Positions 48,896 to 58,935 of a DNA stretch of 64,000 nucleotides are shown here, one piece after another. The notes below the pieces were generated by a model. The model saw nothing but the letters and a program-made list of their open reading frames with translations. It was not told the DNA's origin and did not search any database. The position numbers and the translations under genes are program-made. The stretch is from positions 160,001 through 224,000 of the forward strand of contig JBMNIF010000002.1 of NCBI GenBank assembly GCA_050950765.1, written 5' to 3'. Source of the stretch: Bdellovibrionota bacterium (GTDB taxonomy: Bacteria; Bdellovibrionota_C; UBA2361; JAAYZI01). Position 1 is the stretch's first letter. Each line of letters opens with the position of its first letter.

Positions 48896-49407
48896 AGAAG
48901 GTACTACTCTTTTTTATGTTTTTCTTCTGTCTCTCTTCTGCGGCAGCAGAAGAACACCCTGTAACACTCAAAATAATCTCTGACTACACAACAGATTCAG
49001 AAGAGTGTCGTTTAGGAGTTCTTTTTGAGATAAAGGATGGTTGGTATATCTACTGGAAGGAGCCAGGTGAGACGGGGCTTCCGACAAAGATTGATATTAA
49101 ACTTAAAAACGGTTCTGCTTCCGCTCTACACTATCCGATTCCTAAAACATTTAAACAGGCAGGAATTTTTACCTCGTACGGCTATGAAAAAAGAGTTTTA
49201 CTGTGGTTCGATTTAAAAGGTGTTTCTAAAAACAGTGAAGTTAGTCTACTTGTTGATTGGCTAGCCTGCGGCACGGATCTCTGTATACCTGGAAAGCAGC
49301 TACTAAAAACAGAGCTTTCCCCCACCCTTTCAGAGACATCTTCAAAAGATCTCTTTAACCTTTGGGAGAAGAAGCTACCAAAAGATCCCCTTAGATATCA
49401 TCCGTAA
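48892..49407 (+). CDS. secreted DsbD N-terminal-like domain protein
   Basis: Signal peptide; WYIYWKEPGETGLP, YGYE and WLAC...CIPG motifs; overlaps the tgt stop (ATGA). Confidence 0.8.
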   Translation: MKKVLLFFMFFFCLSSAAAEEHPVTLKIISDYTTDSEECRLGVLFEIKDGWYIYWKEPGETGLPTKIDIKLKNGSASALHYPIPKTFKQAGIFTSYGYEKRVLLWFDLKGVSKNSEVSLLVDWLACGTDLCIPGKQLLKTELSPTLSETSSKDLFNLWEKKLPKDPLRYHP

Positions 49408-49414
49408 AATTGGT

Positions 49415-49820
49415 TGCAGTGCTATTCTACTAGTGACGATTGGGCACCTTTCGGGGACAACTAAACGGGCTACTACTAAAAAACGGATCAGCTAGCTGTT
49501 TACGGTGACGATCGAGCGGGCTGAAACAGAAAAAGGGATCAGCTAGATGTTTACGAAGGTAAAAAATTTGGTGCCACCCACTAGGGACAACTGAACGGGC
49601 TGCAACTACAAAACGGATCAGCTAGATGTTTACGAAGGTTAAAAAATTGGTGCCACCCACTAGGGACAACTGAACGGGCTGCTACTAAAAAACGGATCAG
49701 CTAGATCTCTACGGAGGTCAAAAATTTGGTGCCACCCACTAGTGACGATTGAACGGGCTGCTACTAAAAAACGGATCAGCTAGATTTTTACGGAGGTAAA
49801 AAATTTGGTGCCACTCACTA
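49415..49820 (+). repeat. array 7 of the repeat family: ~5 module-A units, 79-bp period
   Basis: Cores at 49570, 49649 and 49728, variant at 49807; degenerate units at the 5' end. Confidence 0.95.
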
Positions 49821-49855
49821 GAGTTAGAAAAGTATTCCTAAGATAGTGAGTGGCA
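49809..49855. terminator. hairpin whose left arm is the last repeat core
   Basis: TGCCACTCACTA (49809-49820) and TAGTGAGTGGCA (49844-49855), with A/T tracts nearby. Confidence 0.6.
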
Positions 49856-49882
49856 ACAAAAAAAGTGTTCTACACTAAGCCG

Positions 49883-50089
49883 TTATAAAGACTTTGAAAA
49901 AAAGTTATCATCATCGCTTACAGTCGGCTCTGTTGCTTTTTTAGAGGGTAACGTAACTCCTTCATAAATATCTCCTTTCTTTCCCGCTGTTACATTATTT
50001 CCCTTAACGGCGGCTCCTGCTCCTGCTGTCTGTGCTGCTGTACGTGGAACTCCTGTTTTCACTGGATCTTGAGCAATCCCTGTTCCCAT
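49883..50089 (-). CDS. small low-complexity hypothetical protein (68 aa)
   Basis: AAGGTAGGG RBS, ATG start and a downstream hairpin; sits between arrays 7 and 8. Confidence 0.55.
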   Translation of the reverse strand: MGTGIAQDPVKTGVPRTAAQTAGAGAAVKGNNVTAGKKGDIYEGVTLPSKKATEPTVSDDDNFFSKSL

Positions 50090-50279
50090 ATTTCCCTACC
50101 TTTTTTATCTATAAAATTAATTAAAACTAGCAAAGTATTATTAAAAATACGCTAAGACTAAATAATATAATTAGCACGGCTAACGGCAGTTAACTATAAA
50201 GTGCTTACCGACCGCGCTTTGCGCACCTGTTATAATATAGTGCGTGCCCGTGATTCTGCTAAAAATTTCAAAACTAAGC

Positions 50280-50670
50280 AAATTTTAGTAGTGCCACCCT
50301 CCTGTAAGACGGTTTAAGTGGTAAAAATTTAGCCCTTCAGGGAGAGCAGAACGGGGTGTAACTAAAAATCGAGCGGAAATTTGGTGCCACCCACCAACGC
50401 TAAAAGCCAATGCTAAAAAACTTTAAAATTACGATAGCTAATAATATCAATATATTAGCAAAAGCTTAAAATCTGGCAGTTTTGGTGCCACCCTTCTTTT
50501 TTGCCGCTTTGACGGCTTGGGCGACTGGATGAATTTGGTGCCACCCACCAGTTTGGGCAGATCTAGCAGATTTAGCTGGGCTTGGATCTGGTGCCACCCA
50601 CTAGGGACGATTGAACGGGCTGCAACTACAAATCGAATCAGTTAGGTCTGGACGAAGGTAAAAAATTTGA
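50280..50670 (+). repeat. array 8 of the repeat family: mixed modules C, B, D and A
   Basis: Perfect cores at 50383, 50484, 50537 and 50590, variant at 50290; modules match array 3. Confidence 0.95.
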
Positions 50671-50836
50671 AATTACGGCAAGATACCGAAAAAAGGGGTG
50701 TATCCCAACAAGATCGCTAGCACTAAATTAAATTTAATATTTTTTAGCCGTTTCAATTGGTCTTAAACCTTTTTAATGTTAAAAGCCCCTTTACGTAGTT
50801 ACACCTGATGTATCTAATAATTAAGGAGTAAATAAA

Positions 50837-51262
50837 GTGAGTCTTATCAAGAAGATATATTTTAATATATTGTTTTTATTGCTAAATACCGCCCCTGCAT
50901 TAGCTCAAGAGATCGTTCCACCAGCAGCCGCAGGCGATGCAACAGCTACACCTCAAGCGCCAAGCCTACTTCAGGGGATGGCTGAGGTGCTGCCGATGTT
51001 TGCTACGATATTTTTAATATTTTACTTTTTAGTAATCAGACCTCAAGCTAAACAACTTAAAGACCACGAAACGATGCTAAACACTTTAAGTAAAGGCGAT
51101 GAAGTTATTAGTAGCGGTGGCATTATTGGACGGGTTGCCGGAATTGAAAAAGATTATATACTCCTCGAAGTTGCCAGCGGTGTAAAAATTAAATTATTAA
51201 CATCAAATCTGGTACGCAAATTTGAAAAATCAAAAAAGTCAGGGGACACAGAAAAAAAGTAG
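50837..51262 (+). CDS. yajC: preprotein translocase subunit YajC
   Basis: IFYFLVIRPQ...L.KGDEVISSGGIIG motif; AAGGAG RBS; upstream of secD. Confidence 0.95.
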   Translation: MSLIKKIYFNILFLLLNTAPALAQEIVPPAAAGDATATPQAPSLLQGMAEVLPMFATIFLIFYFLVIRPQAKQLKDHETMLNTLSKGDEVISSGGIIGRVAGIEKDYILLEVASGVKIKLLTSNLVRKFEKSKKSGDTEKK

Positions 51263-51370
51263 TTATGCCTTCTACTCTTTTTGAATCAGATTTTTTTATT
51301 ATTACTCCTGCTACACGGCATTAAAATAGTAAGATGCTAGGTAGCAGCAAGCGATGGGAATCATTGAGCT

Positions 51371-52942
51371 ATGCAGTGGGATCTAAAAAAACGACTTATT
51401 ATCTTAGGCGTTGTGGTGTTAGGAGCGTTTTTACTCTTAGTACCAACAATCAATATATCTTATAAAAGTTTAAAAGGGCTAGAGGTCACTCCCCAAGAAA
51501 GGCTTGGAGAGAACTGGATCTCCAAACCGATTGCACTCGGACTTGATCTAAGTGGTGGTGTACAACTCATTTACAGAGTTGAAGTAGAGGAAGCTGTACT
51601 CGGAAAGTTACAAGCTAAAGCAACAGCCATTAGATCCTTTTTACGTGATGAGAAAGTTGCTGTTAGGAGAGCAGTTGCCACAAAAGACAAAAGAGTTGAA
51701 ATAACCTTAATGAGTGACCGCGCTTTAGAAAAAGCTAAAGCTAAAATCGCCGAAAATGATCCGACTTTAACTTTTGTTGATGAGAGACGTGACGGGACAT
51801 CAATTATTTTAAGTTATAAGATCTCAGAGAGAGAAGAGTTCAGGATTCGTACAGATGCAGTTGATCAGGCTGTCGAAAACTTAAGAGTCCGCGTTGATCG
51901 CTTCGGTGTAGCAGAACCATTAATTCAGAAGGTAAACGCTGACAGGATCTTATTGCAGATGCCGGGGGTAAAAGATATCGAATCTGTTAAAAAGATCGTC
52001 GGACGGGTAGCAAAACTCGAATTCCGTTTCCTTCCAAAAAATACGACAGATCCAACCGTTACCATGAAAGATAAAGAAGGTAACCCCATCGCCGTAGAAG
52101 AAGATGTGCAGATGAGTGGCGATATGGTTGAAGGAGCAAACATTAATTTTGGAGAGTACGGAGAAGTTATAGTCTCTCTTAAGATGACACCAGAAGGTGC
52201 TCGTACCTTTGCCAGAGTCTCGAGCTCCGGGATCGGGCGTGAATTGGCGATAATCCTTGACGGCGTTGTCGTCTCACACCCTGTTATTAAAGATAGGATT
52301 ACACAAGGAGAGGCCAGCATTACAGGTCAATTCTCTATGCAGGAAGCCCGAGAATTAGCCTTAGTTTTAAAAGCAGGTGCCCTTCCTGCTCCACTTACCA
52401 TTATGGAGGAGCAACTTGTCGGCCCCACCTTAGGTCGTGAATCAATTAAGGATGGTACAATAGCTATCATCGTTGGATTCTTAGCTATCTTCATATTTAT
52501 GGTTGTTTATTATAGGAAATCAGGTCTTATAGCAGCAGCTACTTTGGGATTAAACTTAATATTTATCTGTGCACTATTATCCTTATTTGGAGCAACGTTA
52601 ACACTACCCGGTATCGCCGGACTGGCTTTAACTATCGGTATGGCTGTTGATGCCAACGTCATTATCTTTGAACGTATCAGAGATGAGATTAAAAATAATG
52701 CCACTCGAGATGTTGCTGTCGCTGCTGGTTTTGACAAAGCCCTTAGCGCCATTGTTGATTCAAACCTGACGACCTTAGTTACCGCAATATTGTTATACTA
52801 CTTCGGTACCGGTCCTGTTAGAGGTTTCGCAGTGACTTTAGGAATCGGTGTTATCACAACTATGTTTTGTGCGACATTTGTTGCACGCATCTTTTTTGAC
52901 GCTTTGCCTTTAAAAGCAAAGGACTCAGTACTGTCAATCTAG
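51371..52942 (+). CDS. secD: protein translocase subunit SecD
   Basis: LGLDLSGG, RVDRFGVAEP, LAIILDG, GPTLG, TLPGIAG and GMAVDANVIIFERI motifs. Confidence 0.97.
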   Translation: MQWDLKKRLIILGVVVLGAFLLLVPTINISYKSLKGLEVTPQERLGENWISKPIALGLDLSGGVQLIYRVEVEEAVLGKLQAKATAIRSFLRDEKVAVRRAVATKDKRVEITLMSDRALEKAKAKIAENDPTLTFVDERRDGTSIILSYKISEREEFRIRTDAVDQAVENLRVRVDRFGVAEPLIQKVNADRILLQMPGVKDIESVKKIVGRVAKLEFRFLPKNTTDPTVTMKDKEGNPIAVEEDVQMSGDMVEGANINFGEYGEVIVSLKMTPEGARTFARVSSSGIGRELAIILDGVVVSHPVIKDRITQGEASITGQFSMQEARELALVLKAGALPAPLTIMEEQLVGPTLGRESIKDGTIAIIVGFLAIFIFMVVYYRKSGLIAAATLGLNLIFICALLSLFGATLTLPGIAGLALTIGMAVDANVIIFERIRDEIKNNATRDVAVAAGFDKALSAIVDSNLTTLVTAILLYYFGTGPVRGFAVTLGIGVITTMFCATFVARIFFDALPLKAKDSVLSI

Positions 52943-52966
52943 CTTTATTACGTAGGAATTTTTAAA

Positions 52967-53938
52967 ATGAAGATATTTGCAGAAAAAACCAATTTCGATT
53001 TTATGGGTAAAAGCAAGATTGCCATAACCCTCTCTACCTTACTAATCCTTGCTACCTTTTATACTTGGTTTGCTAGAGGTGATTCAAAATACGGGACCGA
53101 CTATATCGGCGGATTTGAGTTCGTTGTAGAACTCGATCAATCAGTCGATAGTGATGCCACTGTCAAATTGAGGGAAGCTTTTCAAGAGGGAGGATTCTCT
53201 GATGTCGTCGTGCAATCTTATCAGATAGGAAGTGGTAAATACGCCATTAGACTTCCAGGTGATGTTGCAAAGGTAGACACCACTGAAGTAAAAGATTCCA
53301 AAGATGAGAATGCCCATACGGCGGAAATAGCAAAGAAAGTTAAAGCGGTTCTGCAGGAAGCTTTCGCAGATAAGTACACCATGTTAAGCAATTCCTATAT
53401 CGGACCAACCATCGGTAACGAGTTACGCTGGAAGGCTTTAACAGCGTTTATCTTCGGATTGCTCGGCATTACCGCTTATATTACGTACCGCTTTGAATTT
53501 GCATTTGCACTTGGTGCTGTATTAGCTGTTTTCCACGATGCCATCGTAACCTTAGGTATCTACCTTGCACTAGGTCACGATTTAAATATGACCGTCCTAG
53601 CCGCAGTCTTAACAATTGTGGGTTATTCTGTAAACGATACGATCGTTATCTTTGATAGGGTCAGAGAAGAAGTTTTTAAACGTAAAGATTACGAACTGGT
53701 TCCTCTTTTTAATGAGTGCATTAACATCACCTTGTCACGTACCGTTATCACCAGTCTACTTACGTTATTTGCAGCGGTATCGCTATTAGTTTTAGGCGGC
53801 GGTGCTATCGAAGATTTAAGTCTCTTCATGGTGATCGGTATTCTTGTCGGTGCATATTCAACTATCTTTATCGCTTCACCTATCGTTGTTGCTTGGGAGT
53901 CTTTTATGACTCGTAAAAAAAGAGCTGCCACTGCTTAA
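52967..53938 (+). CDS. secF: protein translocase subunit SecF
   Basis: NFDFM, IGPTIG.EL, HD, GYSVNDTIVIFDRVRE and YSTIFIASP motifs. Confidence 0.97.
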   Translation: MKIFAEKTNFDFMGKSKIAITLSTLLILATFYTWFARGDSKYGTDYIGGFEFVVELDQSVDSDATVKLREAFQEGGFSDVVVQSYQIGSGKYAIRLPGDVAKVDTTEVKDSKDENAHTAEIAKKVKAVLQEAFADKYTMLSNSYIGPTIGNELRWKALTAFIFGLLGITAYITYRFEFAFALGAVLAVFHDAIVTLGIYLALGHDLNMTVLAAVLTIVGYSVNDTIVIFDRVREEVFKRKDYELVPLFNECINITLSRTVITSLLTLFAAVSLLVLGGGAIEDLSLFMVIGILVGAYSTIFIASPIVVAWESFMTRKKRAATA

Positions 53939-53970
53939 TTAACATATAAAAAAACGATCTGTTTTTAAGT

Positions 53971-54002
53971 AAAAGGCGTTCAGAGATGAACGCCTTTTTT
54001 TT
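53971..54002 (+). terminator. intrinsic terminator after secF
   Basis: AAAAGGCGTTCA-GAGA-TGAACGCCTTTT followed by a T tract. Confidence 0.9.
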
Positions 54003-54118
54003 ATACCTTCCTAGTTAGTGCCACCAGTCTAACATCCTGATTACATTTAGATTCACCTTTTTCCTTAAGAATGCCGATAACTCTCCCCATAGCATCATCT
54101 ATAAAAAACGGTTTATTT

Positions 54119-55915
54119 ATGGTTACAGGGGTTAATAACAATATAAATACGCAGCAGCCTTTACTAATAAGGCAAGCCTCAAACCCACCCCTTAAAATAA
54201 CCTCTCCCCTCTTTGACTCAATCCCAGTTGGCACGACACTCCCTGCGAAGATAGTAGAAGATGTTACAGGGGAGCGCGGAATAAATATAGCGGGAGTCTT
54301 TATCAAAACAGAACTTCCTGATCACTTACAGAACGGATCTAATGTAACGCTACAAGTTATAGGAAAAGGTCAAGCTATTATCTGTTACACCACTTCAGAA
54401 GGGACACTTAAAAATTCTCCACCACTTCTTTCGCAAGAAAGTGTAGCACAAGCGATCTTAAAGATTCTCGGGATAACAGAGGCACCGATCGCTGCAAGCT
54501 TTACGCAGATAACAGATCTTGAAACGGTGTTAAATGAAAGATCTTTAGGAGACCGTGATCTACTATTAAAAGCTCTTCTGAAGTTAGCCCTACCGGAGAT
54601 AAGTCAAACTCCAGAAGAAGAGATCAACACCACAACTTCATTCGAAAAGTCACTCCAATCATTAACTCGTTTAAGAGCTATCTTTCAGATAATCAACAAC
54701 AGTGATTTTAAAGACTTTAAAGCCTCATTTAGAGAGGTGGTTTTACAACAAGGACAAGCCTTATATGAACTTTGCGAAAGACTCCCCCTTTTAGTAGGTA
54801 ACGGAAGCGATATCTCACCCCTACAAGCCGTGCAAGATATCCTTAAGATCCCTCTTAAGCCTTCAGAAGAAGCCCTTTCAAAACTCTTTCAAAATGTTCA
54901 AGAGAAACTCTTTGATAGTAGTGGTGCTTTAAAAGTAGAACGCATCCCAGAAGTATTATCAGATATTACAAAAAGTATCGCAGACACTCCGCGCCAAGCA
55001 CGTCCCCTCTTAAGGATGCTCGAAAGCCGCTTGCAGCTCTTACTACTTGATGAAAGCCCTCCCCTATTTTCTAAAACCTCCCCTACGGCTATGAATGAAG
55101 ACAGGCAACTTCTGCAAAACACCCCTGCGGAACAGAGTGCTACTATTACGACCCCACCCCAAACACTTTTTTTGCAAAACATTAAAAGCGATCTACTTTC
55201 TGAAATTATCAAAGGCACAATCTCAAAGCTTAGTAGCGAGGAGTTGGATTACTTTCATTCAGTTGAATCATTATTACAGATCGGAGTAGCTGAATTTGCT
55301 AAACCGTTAGAAAAGTTTTTAGCAGAGGTGCGTTCACAACCACACAATAAACACTTTAATAAAAATGGTGCAGATTTTCTAAAAGAAAACTTAACTAATA
55401 GTAACACCTTCTTCGTACTTCCCGACAATCAAGATCACAGAAACGGAACAGAAAGAACGTGGAGCGGTGCAAAATCAGAGCTTTTAAAAACGCTTTCCCC
55501 GATCTTTAGCGCCTTAGGAGAACCTTCGTTTTTAATTTTTCCAATTCTATTAGGAGGCTTCTTCAGCAACTTAGAGATAATTCACTATCCGCAACAAGAG
55601 ATAACAGAGGAAGAAGATACTCAAAACGATAAGCCCCAACCATTTACACGACTCTCTTTTAAAACAGAGCTGCCTACACTTGGCACGATTGAAGCGCACC
55701 TAGCCTATCGTAGCAAAGAGGTGCTGCTTAATCTTGGAGTAGTTAAAAAAGAGAGCATCCCTCTACTTGAAAACGCCCTGCCACTACTAAAAGCGCAACT
55801 TTCAAAACGGGGCTATGAAAAGATAGAGGTATCACTTCAACAATCAACAAACACCTCTATCAGGCCAGATTGGGTTAATGATGTAATGTTCACTAGAGAC
55901 GGTATCTTCGCTTAA
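54119..55915 (+). CDS. FliK-like flagellar hook-length control domain protein
   Basis: C-terminal TELPTLGTIEAHL...LPLLKAQLSKRGY resembles the FliK/T3S4 domain. ATG 54119 chosen because GCCGATAA (sigma28 -10) overlaps the longer start at 54073-54080. Confidence 0.6.
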   Translation: MVTGVNNNINTQQPLLIRQASNPPLKITSPLFDSIPVGTTLPAKIVEDVTGERGINIAGVFIKTELPDHLQNGSNVTLQVIGKGQAIICYTTSEGTLKNSPPLLSQESVAQAILKILGITEAPIAASFTQITDLETVLNERSLGDRDLLLKALLKLALPEISQTPEEEINTTTSFEKSLQSLTRLRAIFQIINNSDFKDFKASFREVVLQQGQALYELCERLPLLVGNGSDISPLQAVQDILKIPLKPSEEALSKLFQNVQEKLFDSSGALKVERIPEVLSDITKSIADTPRQARPLLRMLESRLQLLLLDESPPLFSKTSPTAMNEDRQLLQNTPAEQSATITTPPQTLFLQNIKSDLLSEIIKGTISKLSSEELDYFHSVESLLQIGVAEFAKPLEKFLAEVRSQPHNKHFNKNGADFLKENLTNSNTFFVLPDNQDHRNGTERTWSGAKSELLKTLSPIFSALGEPSFLIFPILLGGFFSNLEIIHYPQQEITEEEDTQNDKPQPFTRLSFKTELPTLGTIEAHLAYRSKEVLLNLGVVKKESIPLLENALPLLKAQLSKRGYEKIEVSLQQSTNTSIRPDWVNDVMFTRDGIFA

Positions 55916-56287
55916 AACATCCTCCCTTCAGTAAAGTCTCCTTTTGAAGTTAAGTTTATTTAAGAGAAAGCCCCCGCTTTACAAAAATAAAATCTTGCAC
56001 TTTTCTAATAAAATTAAATGGTTAAGACAAAAACTCCGCGCGAAACTTCACTTCTTAACTATGAGTATTTACTAAATTTTTCTCCTTTTATTTGACAATT
56101 AGAGGGCAACTAGTATTATGTTAAGTTCTGGTCTGATTCTCCCTAAAAGGTTCTCAAAAATTTTATATATTTTTGCTTTAAGCGTGTAAAAGGCAAAGCC
56201 CTTAAAGGTTAAGGTGTCAGTTCAGCTAGAGTTAATTTTTCTTGGAAAACAGCTGTGGTAATTGTTTAGATTTTAGGAGGCTGCAAA

Positions 56288-57574
56288 ATGCCGTCAGTTT
56301 GTTGTTATTTACAGGTACATCAACCACTTCAGTTACGTCGTTTTTCGTATCTCGATACAATAAACAACGCCGATTATTTTGATACCCTCCAAAGCCAACA
56401 GATCTTAAAAAAGATCGCCGCAAAAAGTTACATCCCTACTACCAAGCTACTCCTTGAAATGATTGAAAAGCATCAAGGACGTTTTCGTTTAGCCTTATCT
56501 TTTTCCGGAATCGTTATAGAACAACTAAGAGAGTATGCACCGGAAGCTTTAACACTTTTTCAAAAGCTCGTTAAAACTGGGTGCGTCGAGGTCTTAGCAG
56601 AAACGTACTACCATTCCTTAGCAGTTCTTTTTAATGAAGAGGAGTATGTTCAGCAACTGAAGCAACACGCTGCTTTAATTCAAGAGACCTTTAACGTTAC
56701 TCCTCGCGTATTGCGTAACAGCGAATTACTTTATAGCGATCGGATCGGACAACTTGTTTCTAAACTCGGCTATCAAGGTATCCTAACAGGTATCGGGCAC
56801 TACCAATTAGGTTGGCGTAGTCCGAACTATCTCTATCAATGTCGTGGCAATGATCTAGTCCTTTTTATTAAAAATTATCAACTTTCTGATGATATCGCTT
56901 TTAGGTTTTCTCGTCATGATTGGCAAGAATTTCCACTAACAGCTGATAAGTTCGCCTCTTGGATCCACAAGATTAACGGCGCAGGAGATATCGTCAACCT
57001 CTTTATGGACTTCGAAACTTTCGGTGAACATCATTGGGATACTTCCGGTATCTTTCATTTTTTGGAGTTCTTGCCGCAACACATTTTAAGTGATGATGCG
57101 TGGCAATTCGTCACCCCTTCTGAGGCAATTACAAAACACAAAGCAGTAGGAGAGCTGTTGTGTGCACCTGTAACAAGTTGGGGGTCTGTTGGAACCGACT
57201 TAGCTGCTTGGTTAGGTGGTAGCTTACAAGGGAACGCTTTAAGCACCCTTTACGGGATGGAACCCCTTATTCGGAATTGCGGAAATGATGAGTTATTGGA
57301 AGCTTGGCGCAGACTGCAATCATCAGACAACTTTTACTATATGTTACCAAGTGGTTTTAACGTTGATGATAATAAACTCTTCAACCCTTATGGCAACCAA
57401 TCAGATGCGTATATAAATTACATGAATGTTTTACGTGATCTTGAAAAGAAAGCACAATCAGCTGGAGCAATTACTAAAATCACAGCAGAGACACAAGAAA
57501 CAACACCGTCTTTAGATACCTTGCTGCAACGCACCCTCCTTTTAAACCCTTTAGATCGTATTCATGAACAATAA
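56288..57574 (+). CDS. GH57 family glycoside hydrolase (alpha-amylase-like)
   Basis: QVHQP, ETYYHSL, RNSEL (nucleophile), DFETFGEH and LQSSD motifs; AGGAGG RBS. Confidence 0.92.
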   Translation: MPSVCCYLQVHQPLQLRRFSYLDTINNADYFDTLQSQQILKKIAAKSYIPTTKLLLEMIEKHQGRFRLALSFSGIVIEQLREYAPEALTLFQKLVKTGCVEVLAETYYHSLAVLFNEEEYVQQLKQHAALIQETFNVTPRVLRNSELLYSDRIGQLVSKLGYQGILTGIGHYQLGWRSPNYLYQCRGNDLVLFIKNYQLSDDIAFRFSRHDWQEFPLTADKFASWIHKINGAGDIVNLFMDFETFGEHHWDTSGIFHFLEFLPQHILSDDAWQFVTPSEAITKHKAVGELLCAPVTSWGSVGTDLAAWLGGSLQGNALSTLYGMEPLIRNCGNDELLEAWRRLQSSDNFYYMLPSGFNVDDNKLFNPYGNQSDAYINYMNVLRDLEKKAQSAGAITKITAETQETTPSLDTLLQRTLLLNPLDRIHEQ

Positions 57575-57639
57575 GAGAACGAAGAAGCACCCCCTTACAT
57601 TACATAACCTCTCAAATAGCAACGCACCCTTTCCGTATC

Positions 57640-58935
57640 TTATTTATACTGGCAGACCGCCCTTGCAAGCTCAACAATCCCCGTTTTTTCTCCCTGTCTA
57701 GCTAATACCACCCTAAAAAGTCTGGCACTTAATTTAACGGAGAGGTAAATAGTCATCCCGAGTAAAAGTAGTGACAATAAAATTTCATAAATAGGTACTT
57801 CATTTTGCATAGCTAATCTGGTAGGCATGCCGATCGGTGAAAAAAACGGTACCTGCGAAACCACTTGAGCTAAAAAGGAGGACGGATCTCTCACTATCTG
57901 TGGGATAGCTAAAACTGGTAAGCCACTAATTGTTAATAAAATTAACATCGGGAACTTTACTCCCTGTTCACTATCGATCAAAAACGCCGCACCAGCGCAC
58001 AAAGCTCCATATAAAAGGATACCGCCAGCAGCAAACAAAATAGAGAATAAGATCGTTGAAATGCCAAGTTGATAATTAATACTATCAGTCGAAATAAACG
58101 TTATAATATATGGCACTATTAAAAACATCCCTCCCCATAAAAACATCTTTAGTAGTGTTGCTCCCAAAACTCCTATGACTTTACCGAATAAGAGCGTATC
58201 CGCAGAAATAGATCCTAATAGAATTTCAATTAACTTACTCCGTTTTTCACGGGTGACTGCTAAAATAATACCGTCATAAGAGGTTGAGATGGTCATAGAA
58301 AATAGCAAAACCAACACTACGGGGATTACAACTTGTAAGCTCAAAGTTGCATTTGAAACCTTAGTTGTATCGGTGGGATTTATATCGTACACATCAAACT
58401 TCGGACGACGGATAAGATCTCTAAACTCTTTATCGGAGATATTTAACGTTGAAGCATTAAGCGCAATAAAAAAATCATCGAATTTAGTATATGAACTGAG
58501 GTTAAGACCTGTCGCATCTTTTTTTACAGTATAGATCGCTACACTTTTATCAGGATCTTTTTTGTAATCACTGGGAATAACAAAAAAATCAGAAAACTTT
58601 TTATCTTCAATAAGTTTCTTCCCCTCTTCAAAAGAATCCAGCCTTTTAACTATAATATCACGCTCCTCAATAGCACCACCTTCTTTTCTGAACCTACCCC
58701 AACACGGAACCTGATATGTATGTTGCTTCTGCTTATATGGTAAGATATCGGCGTAATCAAGGATTGCGATACGCTCTGCCTCGATCTCTCCCTTTTCGTA
58801 CTTCAATCCTTGAGAAGAGATAAGCAACATCACAATCGGCAAAAATGCCAACAACGGAACAATAAATAAACTTATCAGATAAGTTTTTGAACGGACAATT
58901 CTCAAAAACTCATAAAGCGCTACTGTTTTTAACAT
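57640..58935 (-). CDS. ABC-2 / NatB-like permease
   Basis: TREKRSKLIEILLGS, LLFGKVIG and VPFFSPIGMP motifs; overlaps the ATPase gene. Confidence 0.88.
   Translation of the reverse strand: MLKTVALYEFLRIVRSKTYLISLFIVPLLAFLPIVMLLISSQGLKYEKGEIEAERIAILDYADILPYKQKQHTYQVPCWGRFRKEGGAIEERDIIVKRLDSFEEGKKLIEDKKFSDFFVIPSDYKKDPDKSVAIYTVKKDATGLNLSSYTKFDDFFIALNASTLNISDKEFRDLIRRPKFDVYDINPTDTTKVSNATLSLQVVIPVVLVLLFSMTISTSYDGIILAVTREKRSKLIEILLGSISADTLLFGKVIGVLGATLLKMFLWGGMFLIVPYIITFISTDSINYQLGISTILFSILFAAGGILLYGALCAGAAFLIDSEQGVKFPMLILLTISGLPVLAIPQIVRDPSSFLAQVVSQVPFFSPIGMPTRLAMQNEVPIYEILLSLLLLGMTIYLSVKLSARLFRVVLARQGEKTGIVELARAVCQYK

Noticed and set aside
56185..56235. c-di-GMP-I riboswitch-like GGCAAAGCC... upstream of the GH57 gene
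   Set aside because: Lacks the GAAA tetraloop/receptor arrangement; a covariance-model search would be needed and the resemblance is weak.
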